DNA of 39,157 nucleotides from Candidatus Xenobia bacterium. GTDB taxonomy: Bacteria; Vulcanimicrobiota; Xenobia; Xenobiales; QWHO01. Location of the stretch: positions 1 to 39,157 of the forward strand of contig BTUM01000074.1 of assembly GCA_045863235.1 (NCBI GenBank), in the 5' to 3' direction. Both the position numbers and the translations under genes were made by a program. The notes beneath the pieces were generated by a model, which saw only the letters and a program-made list of their open reading frames with translations, was not told the origin of the DNA and did not search any database. Below, piece after piece: positions 24,151-32,585 of the stretch; position 1 is the stretch's first letter; each line of letters begins with the position of its first letter.

Positions 24151-25590
24151 CTACACCTGCTCGGGCGGACCCACGTTCCAGGCGATCAGCCCGTCGGTCT
24201 TCTGCTGGTAGAGCAACTGGCCATCGCGCTCATAGAGCCGCCCGCGCTCGAGCTCGATGGGCTTCTCCTGGCTGCGGGCCTCGAAGAAGGCCAATGTTCC
24301 CACCGCGGCTGCCCCCAGAATTTGCGCCGCCGGGCCGGCCGGGGCCCCGGCCATGGCTCCGAAGATGCTTACCAGGCTGGCACCCAGGGCGATGCCCAGG
24401 CCGACTCGGGCGACCTTCTTGTAGACCGGCAGCGGGTCGACCGGACGGTAGAGGCGAACGGCCACCCCTCTCCCGCCCGGACCTTCGGGGAGCTCACGCG
24501 AGAGGCTCTCCAGGGTCGGATGGGCCGGGGAGTCGGGAGGAGCCGAGGCCAGCTTCCAGTAGTCGCGGCCAGGACGATTGGGGTGCAGGGGGGGAAGAGT
24601 GTTCATGGGATACCTCCTCATTTCCGGATTCTCGGGAAGGGACGGGGGTGGCGGGGGGCCCGGCCGGGGCAGGGCCCCCCGTGGATACACCAGGCAGGTC
24701 AGCCGCCGGCTGAACTCGAGGGTTTCCATGCGCTCGGTGCCGTGAGAGAGTTGCTCGTGCCCGGGGCCGGTGGAACCGGGCTGCGGACACCCCCACGGGT
24801 TGCGAAAATAGACCTGCCCGCCCCGCTGGGAGGTGAGCGAGACAGCGTGATAGACCTCCCCCTCCCAGCTGAGGACAGCCACCACCGGCAGACCCGAGCG
24901 CAGCGACTCGAGCGACTTGCGCAGCTGCTGGGGATGATTACGGCCGGTGCTGGCCCAGACCTCGAAGGGACGCTGGTAGAGGGCGCTCAAGAGGCGAGCC
25001 GTCTGCTCCGGGAGAAGTCCCCGCTGGCCAGAGTGCAGCCGATCCCTGTCGGGGTCATAGGCGTGGCCGGCGGCGTAAGTCATGAAGGCGGTCTGCACGA
25101 TGCGCTCCACCCTCGTGTTGTAGCCCCGCGCGTCGATCTGGGCCGGATGCACGCTCAGCCGCACCCGGTCGTGGTTGGGGAGCCGGGCCTCCCCCGAGCG
25201 GGCCAGCTCGACCGTGATGCGGGCAAACTCGGCCGGCTGGTCGCACAGGAAGTTGTAGGCGGGAGCCGTGGCGGCGCAGGTCCCCCGCCCGGCCAGCTGA
25301 CGGAAGAGGCGGTGAGGCTCGGCCAGGTGGATCAAGAGATCGGTGGCCAGGTCGCGGCGGTAGTTCACCTCCAGCCGCTGATCGCCGGCCAGGTAGGCCA
25401 CTTGCAGCAAGGCCGCCTGGGGGACCTCGCGCTTTCGTAGCAGGCGGGCGATCGCCTCGCGCGCCAGCATGCGCCGGTCGTTAAGCTCGACCCGCCGGTT
25501 GCCCAGCTCCTTGAGCAGGGTGCGCAGCACCCAGTCGGGGGACTCGGGAATGGTTTTCGGCATCGGCGGTGGCGGGGCGTGGAGGATCAT
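24151..25590 (-). CDS. Papain/calpain-like cysteine protease domain joined in frame to a membrane-associated module (possibly two genes)
   Basis: QLAGRGTCAA (Cys), YHAVSL (His), YFRNPWG (Asn, calpain-type). Probable start ATG 25590 (GGAGAG SD; alternative 25617). Internal ATG 24606 has its own GAGGAGG SD. Confidence 0.65.
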   Translation of the reverse strand: MILHAPPPPMPKTIPESPDWVLRTLLKELGNRRVELNDRRMLAREAIARLLRKREVPQAALLQVAYLAGDQRLEVNYRRDLATDLLIHLAEPHRLFRQLAGRGTCAATAPAYNFLCDQPAEFARITVELARSGEARLPNHDRVRLSVHPAQIDARGYNTRVERIVQTAFMTYAAGHAYDPDRDRLHSGQRGLLPEQTARLLSALYQRPFEVWASTGRNHPQQLRKSLESLRSGLPVVAVLSWEGEVYHAVSLTSQRGGQVYFRNPWGCPQPGSTGPGHEQLSHGTERMETLEFSRRLTCLVYPRGALPRPGPPPPPSLPENPEMRRYPMNTLPPLHPNRPGRDYWKLASAPPDSPAHPTLESLSRELPEGPGGRGVAVRLYRPVDPLPVYKKVARVGLGIALGASLVSIFGAMAGAPAGPAAQILGAAAVGTLAFFEARSQEKPIELERGRLYERDGQLLYQQKTDGLIAWNVGPPEQV

Positions 25591-25745
25591 TGGAGCTCTC
25601 CAGTCGGGGGGATGCACCCATCCTAAGGCGGGCTCCTGAAAGATTGCAGAATGGAAAAACGGCTCTAATTATGGATTTTTTGTCCCTCGACAGAGCAAAA
25701 TATTCACTTCCAGGGAAATCTCGCAGGGGAGCAGAACCGGCCGGA

Positions 25746-26525
25746 ATGCGCATCCTGGTTGTGGACGACGACCGGCCCTTCGCCGACAGCCTGGTGGAGG
25801 CGCTGGAAGACCTGGGCTACACCGAGCCAACCGCCTGTTATTCGGCCATCGAGGCGCTCAACCACGTGGCCGAGCACCCGGTGGACCTGGTGATCAGCGA
25901 CGTGCGCATGGCCGGCATGGACGGCCTCGGCCTGCTGGCCGAGTTGCAGCGCACCCGGCCCGAGATCCGCTCCATCGTGATCACCGGCTACGCCGATGAG
26001 GAGGCTCCCGGGCGCGCCGTGGCCGCCCGCACCGAGGACTACCTCTACAAGCCCTTCAGCGTGGAGCAACTGCACGCCAGCATCAAGTCGCTGCGTCCCC
26101 TGGTTCCCGCCCATGAAGGGCCGGCCGAGCTGCTGCCGGTGGTGGAGCTGCGCCAGAGCGTCCTGCGCGCTTTCTACGTGGGCCTGCGCTCGGGCGGGCT
26201 CACCGAGGGCTACCCCCTGTGGGTAGCCCTGGAGGACCTCGACCGCCAGATCGCTTCCCACCTCTCGGCTCCCTCCGCCCCCGCCTCCCAGGCCCTCGAC
26301 CGTCGCCAGCTGGTGGAAGGCTTGCTGGCCCTGCGGCGCTGGGTCCAGCTCATGGTGGCCGCCCCCTCGACCCGCTCCTCCTCGGGCTGGTTCGAGGCCC
26401 TGGCTCAGGAAGTGCGTCAGGGGCGGCTCGGCCCCGAGGAGCTAAGCCTGGCCCCCCTGCTGCGCACCGCCCCCCAGTCCCCTCCCCAGTGGAAGGCTCT
26501 CCAGGAGCGTCTCCAAACCCTTTAA
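25746..26525 (+). CDS. Response regulator with unnamed C-terminal helical domain
   Basis: MRILVVDDD...SDVRMAGMDGL...ITGYA...YKPF. Start set to ATG 25746. Confidence 0.88.
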   Translation: MRILVVDDDRPFADSLVEALEDLGYTEPTACYSAIEALNHVAEHPVDLVISDVRMAGMDGLGLLAELQRTRPEIRSIVITGYADEEAPGRAVAARTEDYLYKPFSVEQLHASIKSLRPLVPAHEGPAELLPVVELRQSVLRAFYVGLRSGGLTEGYPLWVALEDLDRQIASHLSAPSAPASQALDRRQLVEGLLALRRWVQLMVAAPSTRSSSGWFEALAQEVRQGRLGPEELSLAPLLRTAPQSPPQWKALQERLQTL

Positions 26526-26628
26526 CCTGCCTGGTAGGAAATGTTCAAGGCTGTTCGGTCCTGGTTCACCACCTTCGGCCCACAAGGCCGCTAAGCTGGA
26601 GCCAGAACCGACAGACTGGAGCCAGGCA

Positions 26629-27297
26629 ATGATCCTCACCCGCACCCCCTCCAATGAGCAGCTGGCCTCGGCGGCCCGCTGGAAGAACACCACCGACGAC
26701 CTGGTTGCCCTGGTGGCCGCCCAGGATCAACAGGCTGCCGACCTGGATCGCCGCAAGGACGCCGTCACCTTGCAGGGCGGCGAGCTAGAGAGCCCGCCCA
26801 ACGCACCCACGGGCGAGTTCCGAGACCGAATCACCAGCGCCAACCTGAAACAAGACGGCTCGGGCACCGTGCAATCAGCCCGTGTCGAAACCCACAACTA
26901 CTACCCCACCAACGGCTTCGGACCCAGCATTCTCGAGCCGCGACGTTATGAGCTGCGCGACCACGGCGCCGAGCAAAGCTACCTGATCCACAGCGACGGC
27001 ACCTGGGGCAACCGCTTCGACGTGCGCTTCTCGGTGGACAAAGCCACCGGCGACGTGACCGATTACTCCGAGCGGCATTACGCAATGACCTTTCCCGAGG
27101 CCCTCAAGGACGTGCTCACCAGACCGTCGGGCCTGATCCTGACGGCCGGGGCCGGGCTCCTGGCCGGCCTCCCCTTCGGCCTGACCGGTGCCCTGGCCCA
27201 GGCCGCCTTCGGGCCGGGCGGCCCGCTGCTGGCCGGGCTGGCCGGGGCCGCGGGAACGGCCCTGTTGCTGGCCCACCTCAAGACCCGCCCGATGTAA
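26629..27297 (+). CDS. Hypothetical protein with C-terminal hydrophobic helices (paralog of 11370-11981)
   Basis: GGAG SD; soluble N-terminal domain and Gly/Ala/Leu-rich C-terminus. Confidence 0.75.
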   Translation: MILTRTPSNEQLASAARWKNTTDDLVALVAAQDQQAADLDRRKDAVTLQGGELESPPNAPTGEFRDRITSANLKQDGSGTVQSARVETHNYYPTNGFGPSILEPRRYELRDHGAEQSYLIHSDGTWGNRFDVRFSVDKATGDVTDYSERHYAMTFPEALKDVLTRPSGLILTAGAGLLAGLPFGLTGALAQAAFGPGGPLLAGLAGAAGTALLLAHLKTRPM

Positions 27298-27330
27298 GGG
27301 AATCGCGCCCGGGGCGCGAACGCCCGGGCC

Positions 27331-28572
27331 ATGGGCCGATGGCTGCTCCTGGTCTGCCTGACTTGCGCCGCCCTGGCGCAGGAGAACTGGCTCGAGCTGC
27401 GCGTCGAGCCGGGCGACGCCAGAGTGCTCCTGCAACGCCCGGGCTACGCCGCCGAGCCCCTGGGGCGGGCGGGCCAGCGGCTGCCCGCCCCGGCTGCGGG
27501 CCCGGTCATCCTGCGCTTTGAGCGGCCTGGCTGGAAGAGCCTGGAGGTCCGGCTGGACAGCCCTTCGGGGCTCTATCCCCCGACCGGACAGCCTCCCCTG
27601 CGGCTCGAGCCCGACCCGGCCGGCGGCTGGCATCGCCTCGGTCGCCGGGTCGCGCCGGCGGGGCTGGCCCTGCTGGGGTTGGCTGCCCTGGCACTCCTGG
27701 CCCGCCGGGCCCGTGGGCAGCACCAGCGCAAGCGCCTGCGCCAGCTCGTGGAGGGGCTCGACCGCTCCGATCCCCTGACCGGCACGGCCCTGGGAGCCTT
27801 TCGCCTGCTCGAGCCCCTCGGACGAGGGACCAGCGGAACGGTCTATCGAGCCCTGCCCGAGGACAGCCTCGACCCCACCCGGGCGGTCGCCGTCAAGGTC
27901 TTGCACCGCGAATTCGCCTCCAGCCCGGTCTACCGTCGCCGCTTCGAGCGCGAGACCCGCATCACGGGCGAACTCGAGCATGCGAACCTGGTGCGCGTTC
28001 TGGCCTCGGGCAGCGAGCGCGGACTGGCCTACCTGGCCACCGAATTGGTGGAGGGGCGCAGCCTGCGCCAGGTGCTCGAGCAGGGCCGGCCCGACCCGGC
28101 CGACAGCCTGGCCTGGATCGCCCAGGCTCTGGAAGGGGTGGCCTGCGCCCACGACCGGGGAGTGGTGCACCGCGACCTCAAGCCGGAGAACCTGCTGCTC
28201 ACCGACCAGGGAGTGCTCAAGGTGGTCGATTTCGGGGTGGCCGCAGGCGAGAGCTACACCGTGCTCACAGCCACCGGATTCGTGGCCGGCACGCCCACCT
28301 ACCTGGCCCCCGAGCAGATCGCCGGCGAGGCCGTGCCCGCCTCGGACCAGTACAGCCTGGGCGTGGTGCTCTACGAGCTTCTGAACGGCGCGCCCCCTTT
28401 CCAGCACCCCGATCCCATGGCCCTGGCCCAGCTGCACGTGGGTCGTCCTCCGCCCCCGCTCCCCCCCGAAACGCCGGGTGCGACCGCGGTCATGCGCATG
28501 CTCAAGAAGGCCCCTGGAACTCGCTTTCCCGACTGTCGGGCGGCGGCCGCCGCCCTGCGCGGGGAGGGCTGA
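27331..28572 (+). CDS. Membrane Hanks-type Ser/Thr protein kinase with N-terminal extracellular PEGA-like domain
   Basis: Signal peptide, LELRVEPGDARV...LRFERPGWKS, TM helix, GRGTSGTVY, VAVK, HRDLKPEN, DFG, APE. Confidence 0.92.
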   Translation: MGRWLLLVCLTCAALAQENWLELRVEPGDARVLLQRPGYAAEPLGRAGQRLPAPAAGPVILRFERPGWKSLEVRLDSPSGLYPPTGQPPLRLEPDPAGGWHRLGRRVAPAGLALLGLAALALLARRARGQHQRKRLRQLVEGLDRSDPLTGTALGAFRLLEPLGRGTSGTVYRALPEDSLDPTRAVAVKVLHREFASSPVYRRRFERETRITGELEHANLVRVLASGSERGLAYLATELVEGRSLRQVLEQGRPDPADSLAWIAQALEGVACAHDRGVVHRDLKPENLLLTDQGVLKVVDFGVAAGESYTVLTATGFVAGTPTYLAPEQIAGEAVPASDQYSLGVVLYELLNGAPPFQHPDPMALAQLHVGRPPPPLPPETPGATAVMRMLKKAPGTRFPDCRAAAAALRGEG

Positions 28573-29795
28573 TGCGGCTGATCCTGGCGGGGGTTCTCCT
28601 GATCCTGGCGCAACTGCTCTGGCCTGCAAGCCAGCCCCCGTCGGGCCCCATCTCGATCCCTACCGTCCCCTCGGGAGCCGCCATCAGCAAACCCCAGACC
28701 GACCTGTTCCTGCCGCAATCTGGCGGCGATTCGGCGGCTCGTTTCGCCTGGGTTCGGGTCGGACGCTCGCCGGGACCGCTCCAGCTCACCTTCGAGGACC
28801 TGCCCTGCGACGTGCGCCTGGAGCTCTTCGGCTACCAGCCGCGCAGGCTCCGTCTCCTGCCCGACTCCTTCCCGCTGGCCCCGGTAGCGCTGGAGCCGAA
28901 GATCCCGCTGCTGGCTCCGGCTCTCTATGCCCTGCGGGACCATCCCCTGGCCGGCCTGGGAGGCCTGCTGCTTCTTGGGGGAGCCCTGCTGGCCGGGCGC
29001 GATCACAGGCGCGCGCGAGCCCTCCGGGCCATGCGCGAGCGCCAGCGCCAGGGGGACTTTCAGCCGGGCGACCTGGTCGGCCCCTACCGCCTGGACCGGC
29101 CCCTGGGCCAGGGCGGCAGTGGACGTGTCTTCCTGGCCCACAGGGCTGGAGAGGAGGTGGCCCTCAAGGTGCTCTGGTCGGGCGGGCAGGAGGCTCTGCG
29201 CCGCGAGGTGCAGGCCTTGCGCCAGCTCCACCACCCGCGCCTGGTGCGCCTGGACGACTGGGGGGAGGTGGAGGGCTGGCTCTACCTGGTGATGGAGCGG
29301 GTCAGCGGCCCTACCCTGGAGGACGCTCCTCCGACCGATCGCGCGGCCGCCCTGACCGTGGCCCGGCAGCTGGCCGAGGCCGTGCAAGCGGTGCACGATG
29401 TGGCGCTCGTGCACCGCGACGTCAAGCCGGGCAACCTGATCCTGAGCCCAACCGGCCTCAAGCTGATGGATTTCGGCCTGGCCGGACCCACCCCAGAAGG
29501 CCAGCGAGCCGGCACTCCCGGCTACATGGCCCCGGAGCAGATCCGGGGAGAGCCGGTGGACGAGCGCGCCGACCTCTACGCCCTGGGCGCCGTGCTCTAC
29601 TTCTGCCTGAGCCAGGGCCGGCGGGCCTTTGCGGGAGAGACTCCCACGGCCGTCATGCAGGCCCAGCTCGAGGGCCGCTGGACCCCCCTGGAAGACGAGC
29701 TACGGGATCTGCTCACGGGGTTGCTCGCGCCCGATCCCGCCGAGCGCAGGCCGAGCTCGGCGCGCGAGGTGGGAGAGCGTCTGGACCGCGCCTAG
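28572..29795 (+). CDS. Membrane Hanks-type Ser/Thr protein kinase, paralog of the upstream gene
   Basis: TGATG overlap; signal peptide, PEGA-like IPTVPSGAAI...VRLELFGYQP, TM helix, GQGGSGRVF, VALK, HRDVKPGN, DFG, APE. Confidence 0.92.
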   Translation: MRLILAGVLLILAQLLWPASQPPSGPISIPTVPSGAAISKPQTDLFLPQSGGDSAARFAWVRVGRSPGPLQLTFEDLPCDVRLELFGYQPRRLRLLPDSFPLAPVALEPKIPLLAPALYALRDHPLAGLGGLLLLGGALLAGRDHRRARALRAMRERQRQGDFQPGDLVGPYRLDRPLGQGGSGRVFLAHRAGEEVALKVLWSGGQEALRREVQALRQLHHPRLVRLDDWGEVEGWLYLVMERVSGPTLEDAPPTDRAAALTVARQLAEAVQAVHDVALVHRDVKPGNLILSPTGLKLMDFGLAGPTPEGQRAGTPGYMAPEQIRGEPVDERADLYALGAVLYFCLSQGRRAFAGETPTAVMQAQLEGRWTPLEDELRDLLTGLLAPDPAERRPSSAREVGERLDRA

Positions 29796-29800
29796 CAGAG

Positions 29801-29834
29801 TGATGCAAAGTCCTCGAAGAGGGCTCTTGCATCA
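29801..29834. terminator. Long hairpin between convergent genes
   Basis: TGATGCAA-AGTCCTC-GAA-GAGGGCT-C-TTGCATCA just after the stop at 29795. No U tract. Confidence 0.5.
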
Positions 29835-29894
29835 TCCTGCGCTCAACAGATTGTGTAGGGCATCAGCCTGCCAGAGCCAGGCCCGATAACTTGC

Positions 29895-30845
29895 TCAGTT
29901 GGCCTGGGCCGTCGCCAGGTAGCTTGCCGCGATGTGGCCCAGCGGGTTGTCCTTCAGTCGAGCAGCCATGAAGGCCGTTACCTCCGGGCTTCGTATGGCG
30001 GCCAGAGTCGCCCCCAGCACCCGTTTGACGGGAATGCTGCGCTCGCAGCTCAACCATCCAATCAGGCAGGGAGCGCATTGCGGTCCGATCCGATCGACCG
30101 CGGAGGGAACATATTCAGCCGCCGCCGCGGGAAGCTCGACGAAACGCTCCAGTTGAGGAGCCTGCCAGAAAGATGCGATGATGCTGCAAAGCTGAGGCGG
30201 AAACGAGCCCTGGCCCCAGGCGCGCTCCAGAGCCTCGTGGACCCACTCCTGCGCGGTCGGAAAGGCGTAGGCCAGAGCAACCGCCAGGCCCAGCGGAGCG
30301 TCGGGCCAGAATTCTCCGGCTGCCTCGCGCGCCGACTCGTAAGCCGGGTCTACCGCCAGGTAGGCTCGCAGGGTCTTCCAGCCGCTCATGCTGAGCGAGT
30401 CAGGCTGGCTGTTGGGCACAAGCTTGCCCTCATACGTCACCTCGAGCGCGTGGCTGGCGCACAGGGCCCGGGTGGCGTAGGCAAGGCCCCGATGGGCCAC
30501 CCAGTGGTCCACCAGGTCGCTCCCGACCGTGGCCGGGTGGCTCGGACTCCAGAAGACACCGTTAATGCCCAGCAAGCTGGCCACCCGCCCCTCCGCCTTC
30601 GGGTCCTCAGCGGGTGGACCGGTGATGTTGCGCCATCGATCGAGCGCGGCCTGGGTCCCGGGCCGACCGGCGCGCATGGACTCTCGCGCCCGCGTCAGCC
30701 GGGTGGCTCCCTTCTTGAGGCTGGGTGCGGGGGGCGGCGGGGGTGACTGCATCCCCGGCCACGGGTGGATCATCTTGCGGGCCTCATCCGTCCAGCGCAT
30801 TTCCACGAGCGGGTGTTCGCGGAACCCGGGGAGGACCCTGCGCAA
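29895..30845 (-). CDS. Hypothetical alpha-helical protein, reminiscent of the N-terminal part of MolR/DUF4132-type proteins
   Basis: WTDEARKMIHPWPG, WKTLRAYLA, LAYAFPTAQEWV. Start uncertain (30845 TTG or 30800 ATG). Family resemblance from memory only. Confidence 0.5.
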   Translation of the reverse strand: MRRVLPGFREHPLVEMRWTDEARKMIHPWPGMQSPPPPPAPSLKKGATRLTRARESMRAGRPGTQAALDRWRNITGPPAEDPKAEGRVASLLGINGVFWSPSHPATVGSDLVDHWVAHRGLAYATRALCASHALEVTYEGKLVPNSQPDSLSMSGWKTLRAYLAVDPAYESAREAAGEFWPDAPLGLAVALAYAFPTAQEWVHEALERAWGQGSFPPQLCSIIASFWQAPQLERFVELPAAAAEYVPSAVDRIGPQCAPCLIGWLSCERSIPVKRVLGATLAAIRSPEVTAFMAARLKDNPLGHIAASYLATAQAN

Positions 30846-30948
30846 CCTGGGCCGATCGGTTTGTCCGCTATGTGCCCGCTGAGAACCATCTGGTTCTAGA
30901 AGTCCGGCTGCACACGCTGCGAGAGCGCCGCGCCGAGGTCACCAACCC

Positions 30949-31520
30949 TTACTGGTTGGGGTTCTCGATGAGCCCGCGAAGTCGCTCGGCCAGCTGCGGT
31001 GGAAGTCTCTCCAGCCAGGTCCCATCCAGCAGGCCGACCTCGAGCATGTCGAGCAGGTGCACGCGGTCTTTCAGCCGGAAAGAATTGAGCTTCATGCGCA
31101 CGAGCCCATCCAGGCTCACAGCCGTAAAGCTCGCCATGCGCACCGACTCGGTCACTGCCGGAGTGGGCTCGGGGTCCTCAGGATAGACCCGTTCCTCGGC
31201 GAAGACGATGCGGATTCCGTCGCGCGCCTTGGACTCGGGCGTTTCCAGGAACATGTCCAGGCCCTTAGCGTGGCGGTAGCAAAATCCAGCTTCGCCAAGC
31301 GCTTTCTTTGTCGCCTCCAGATCGTTTCGGCTGATCAGGATGTCCACATCTTGCGTATTGCGTACTGCTCCTTCGTCGATCTGGGAAACCCAGGCAGCCA
31401 CCGCATTCCCCCCTACCACCGCGTAAGCGATTCCAGCCCTGAGGCGCCCCTCAGCAGCCGCTCGCGAACCTTTTCCACCGCCTGAGCCATCCTCTCCAGG
31501 GTATCCGGCCGTAAAAGCAT
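30949..31520 (-). pseudogene. Frameshifted nucleotidyltransferase-family gene
   Basis: Frame A from ATG 31520: MLLRPDTLERMAQAVEKVRERLLRGASGLE, then stop. Frame B continues AGIAYAVVGGNAVAAW...RNTQDVDILI...MKLNSFRLKDRVHL (GG, DxD and K...R.KD motifs). Frames switch at about 31431-31438. Confidence 0.75.
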
Positions 31521-31829
31521 CGTTGGTATGGATTCATCGCTGGCCCACAGGACACCTATGCCCCCATCAGGGCACCCACCCTCCTCCTGGCTGATCGGGA
31601 CCGAGCCCGGAAATCGGTAAGGCTCGTCCCTCCTGACGGGCCCAGGCAGCCACCCGCGCATAGATGGATGGGGGAATCTCCTTCTGCCCCTTTAGCCAGA
31701 TGAACATTTCCCACCCAGGCCGCGCAAAACATTCACACAATTGCGCAAATGTTTTGACTAAAATTCAATACATTTTGAGCTTGATCGACTACCCTGGCTT
31801 TGCATCCAAACTGGAGAGGAGCCCGGACC

Positions 31830-32585
31830 GTGATCAAGACCATACCCTCCCTGGCATTCTCGCGCCCCCGCCCGGAATATCGCCGCCCTCTGCGCGAGGC
31901 AGAGCTCGACCAGGTGGAGCTCTCCCCCACCCAACCCGCGGAGCCCCCCACTCCCCTTCACCCCGCTCGCCGTCGAGGCTGGCTCAAAGCGGCCGTCATC
32001 ATCGCCCTGGCCGGTAGCCTTGGACTGGCCGCGTTGGGAGCGGCTCCCTCCGCGTCCCCGGCCAATGAACCGGTAAGCACCGTGACCCTGGTGGAATCTC
32101 AGACCTACACCCCGGCCGTGCCCTCCGAGTCTTTCCTGATCGAGGCCTACGGCCGGATGGGAGCCTTCTCGGCCCAGCTCGGACCCCAGATTCCCAGCTA
32201 CCTGAGGGACCTCTATCCCGGCTTCTACCCCGATCAGGCCCTGATCACGCTGATGTACTACTTCTCTCAGCCGGCCCAGGAAGGCCCCCTGGCCGTACCG
32301 CCAGGCAACAACTACTTCGCCCTGCCGGCCCAGGTCGGCCCCTCCTCCAACCAGTGGACCGGTCCGGTGCAAGACGGGTTGCGCGTCTACTCTTCGCCCA
32401 AGGAGTCGGTGATGGACTTCGATGCCGTCCTGCGCAGCGGCAGCTTCCAACAGGTGGAGCGGCTCGGTCAGGCCGAGACGGCCCCCGAGTTCTTCCAGGC
32501 CCTGGGCGAGCTCGGCTATTTGACCCCCGACCAGCAGCGCGACGTGCTGGATCTTTATCAAGCCAACTGGGAGGGAACGCCATGA
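31830..32585 (+). CDS. Membrane-anchored GH73 (glucosaminidase/FlgJ muramidase)-like protein, catalytic motif altered
   Basis: GGAGAGGAG SD, GTG start; TM helix; GNNYFALPA, WTG, LRVYSSPKESVMDF, FFQALGELGYLTP. Confidence 0.65.
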   Translation: MIKTIPSLAFSRPRPEYRRPLREAELDQVELSPTQPAEPPTPLHPARRRGWLKAAVIIALAGSLGLAALGAAPSASPANEPVSTVTLVESQTYTPAVPSESFLIEAYGRMGAFSAQLGPQIPSYLRDLYPGFYPDQALITLMYYFSQPAQEGPLAVPPGNNYFALPAQVGPSSNQWTGPVQDGLRVYSSPKESVMDFDAVLRSGSFQQVERLGQAETAPEFFQALGELGYLTPDQQRDVLDLYQANWEGTP

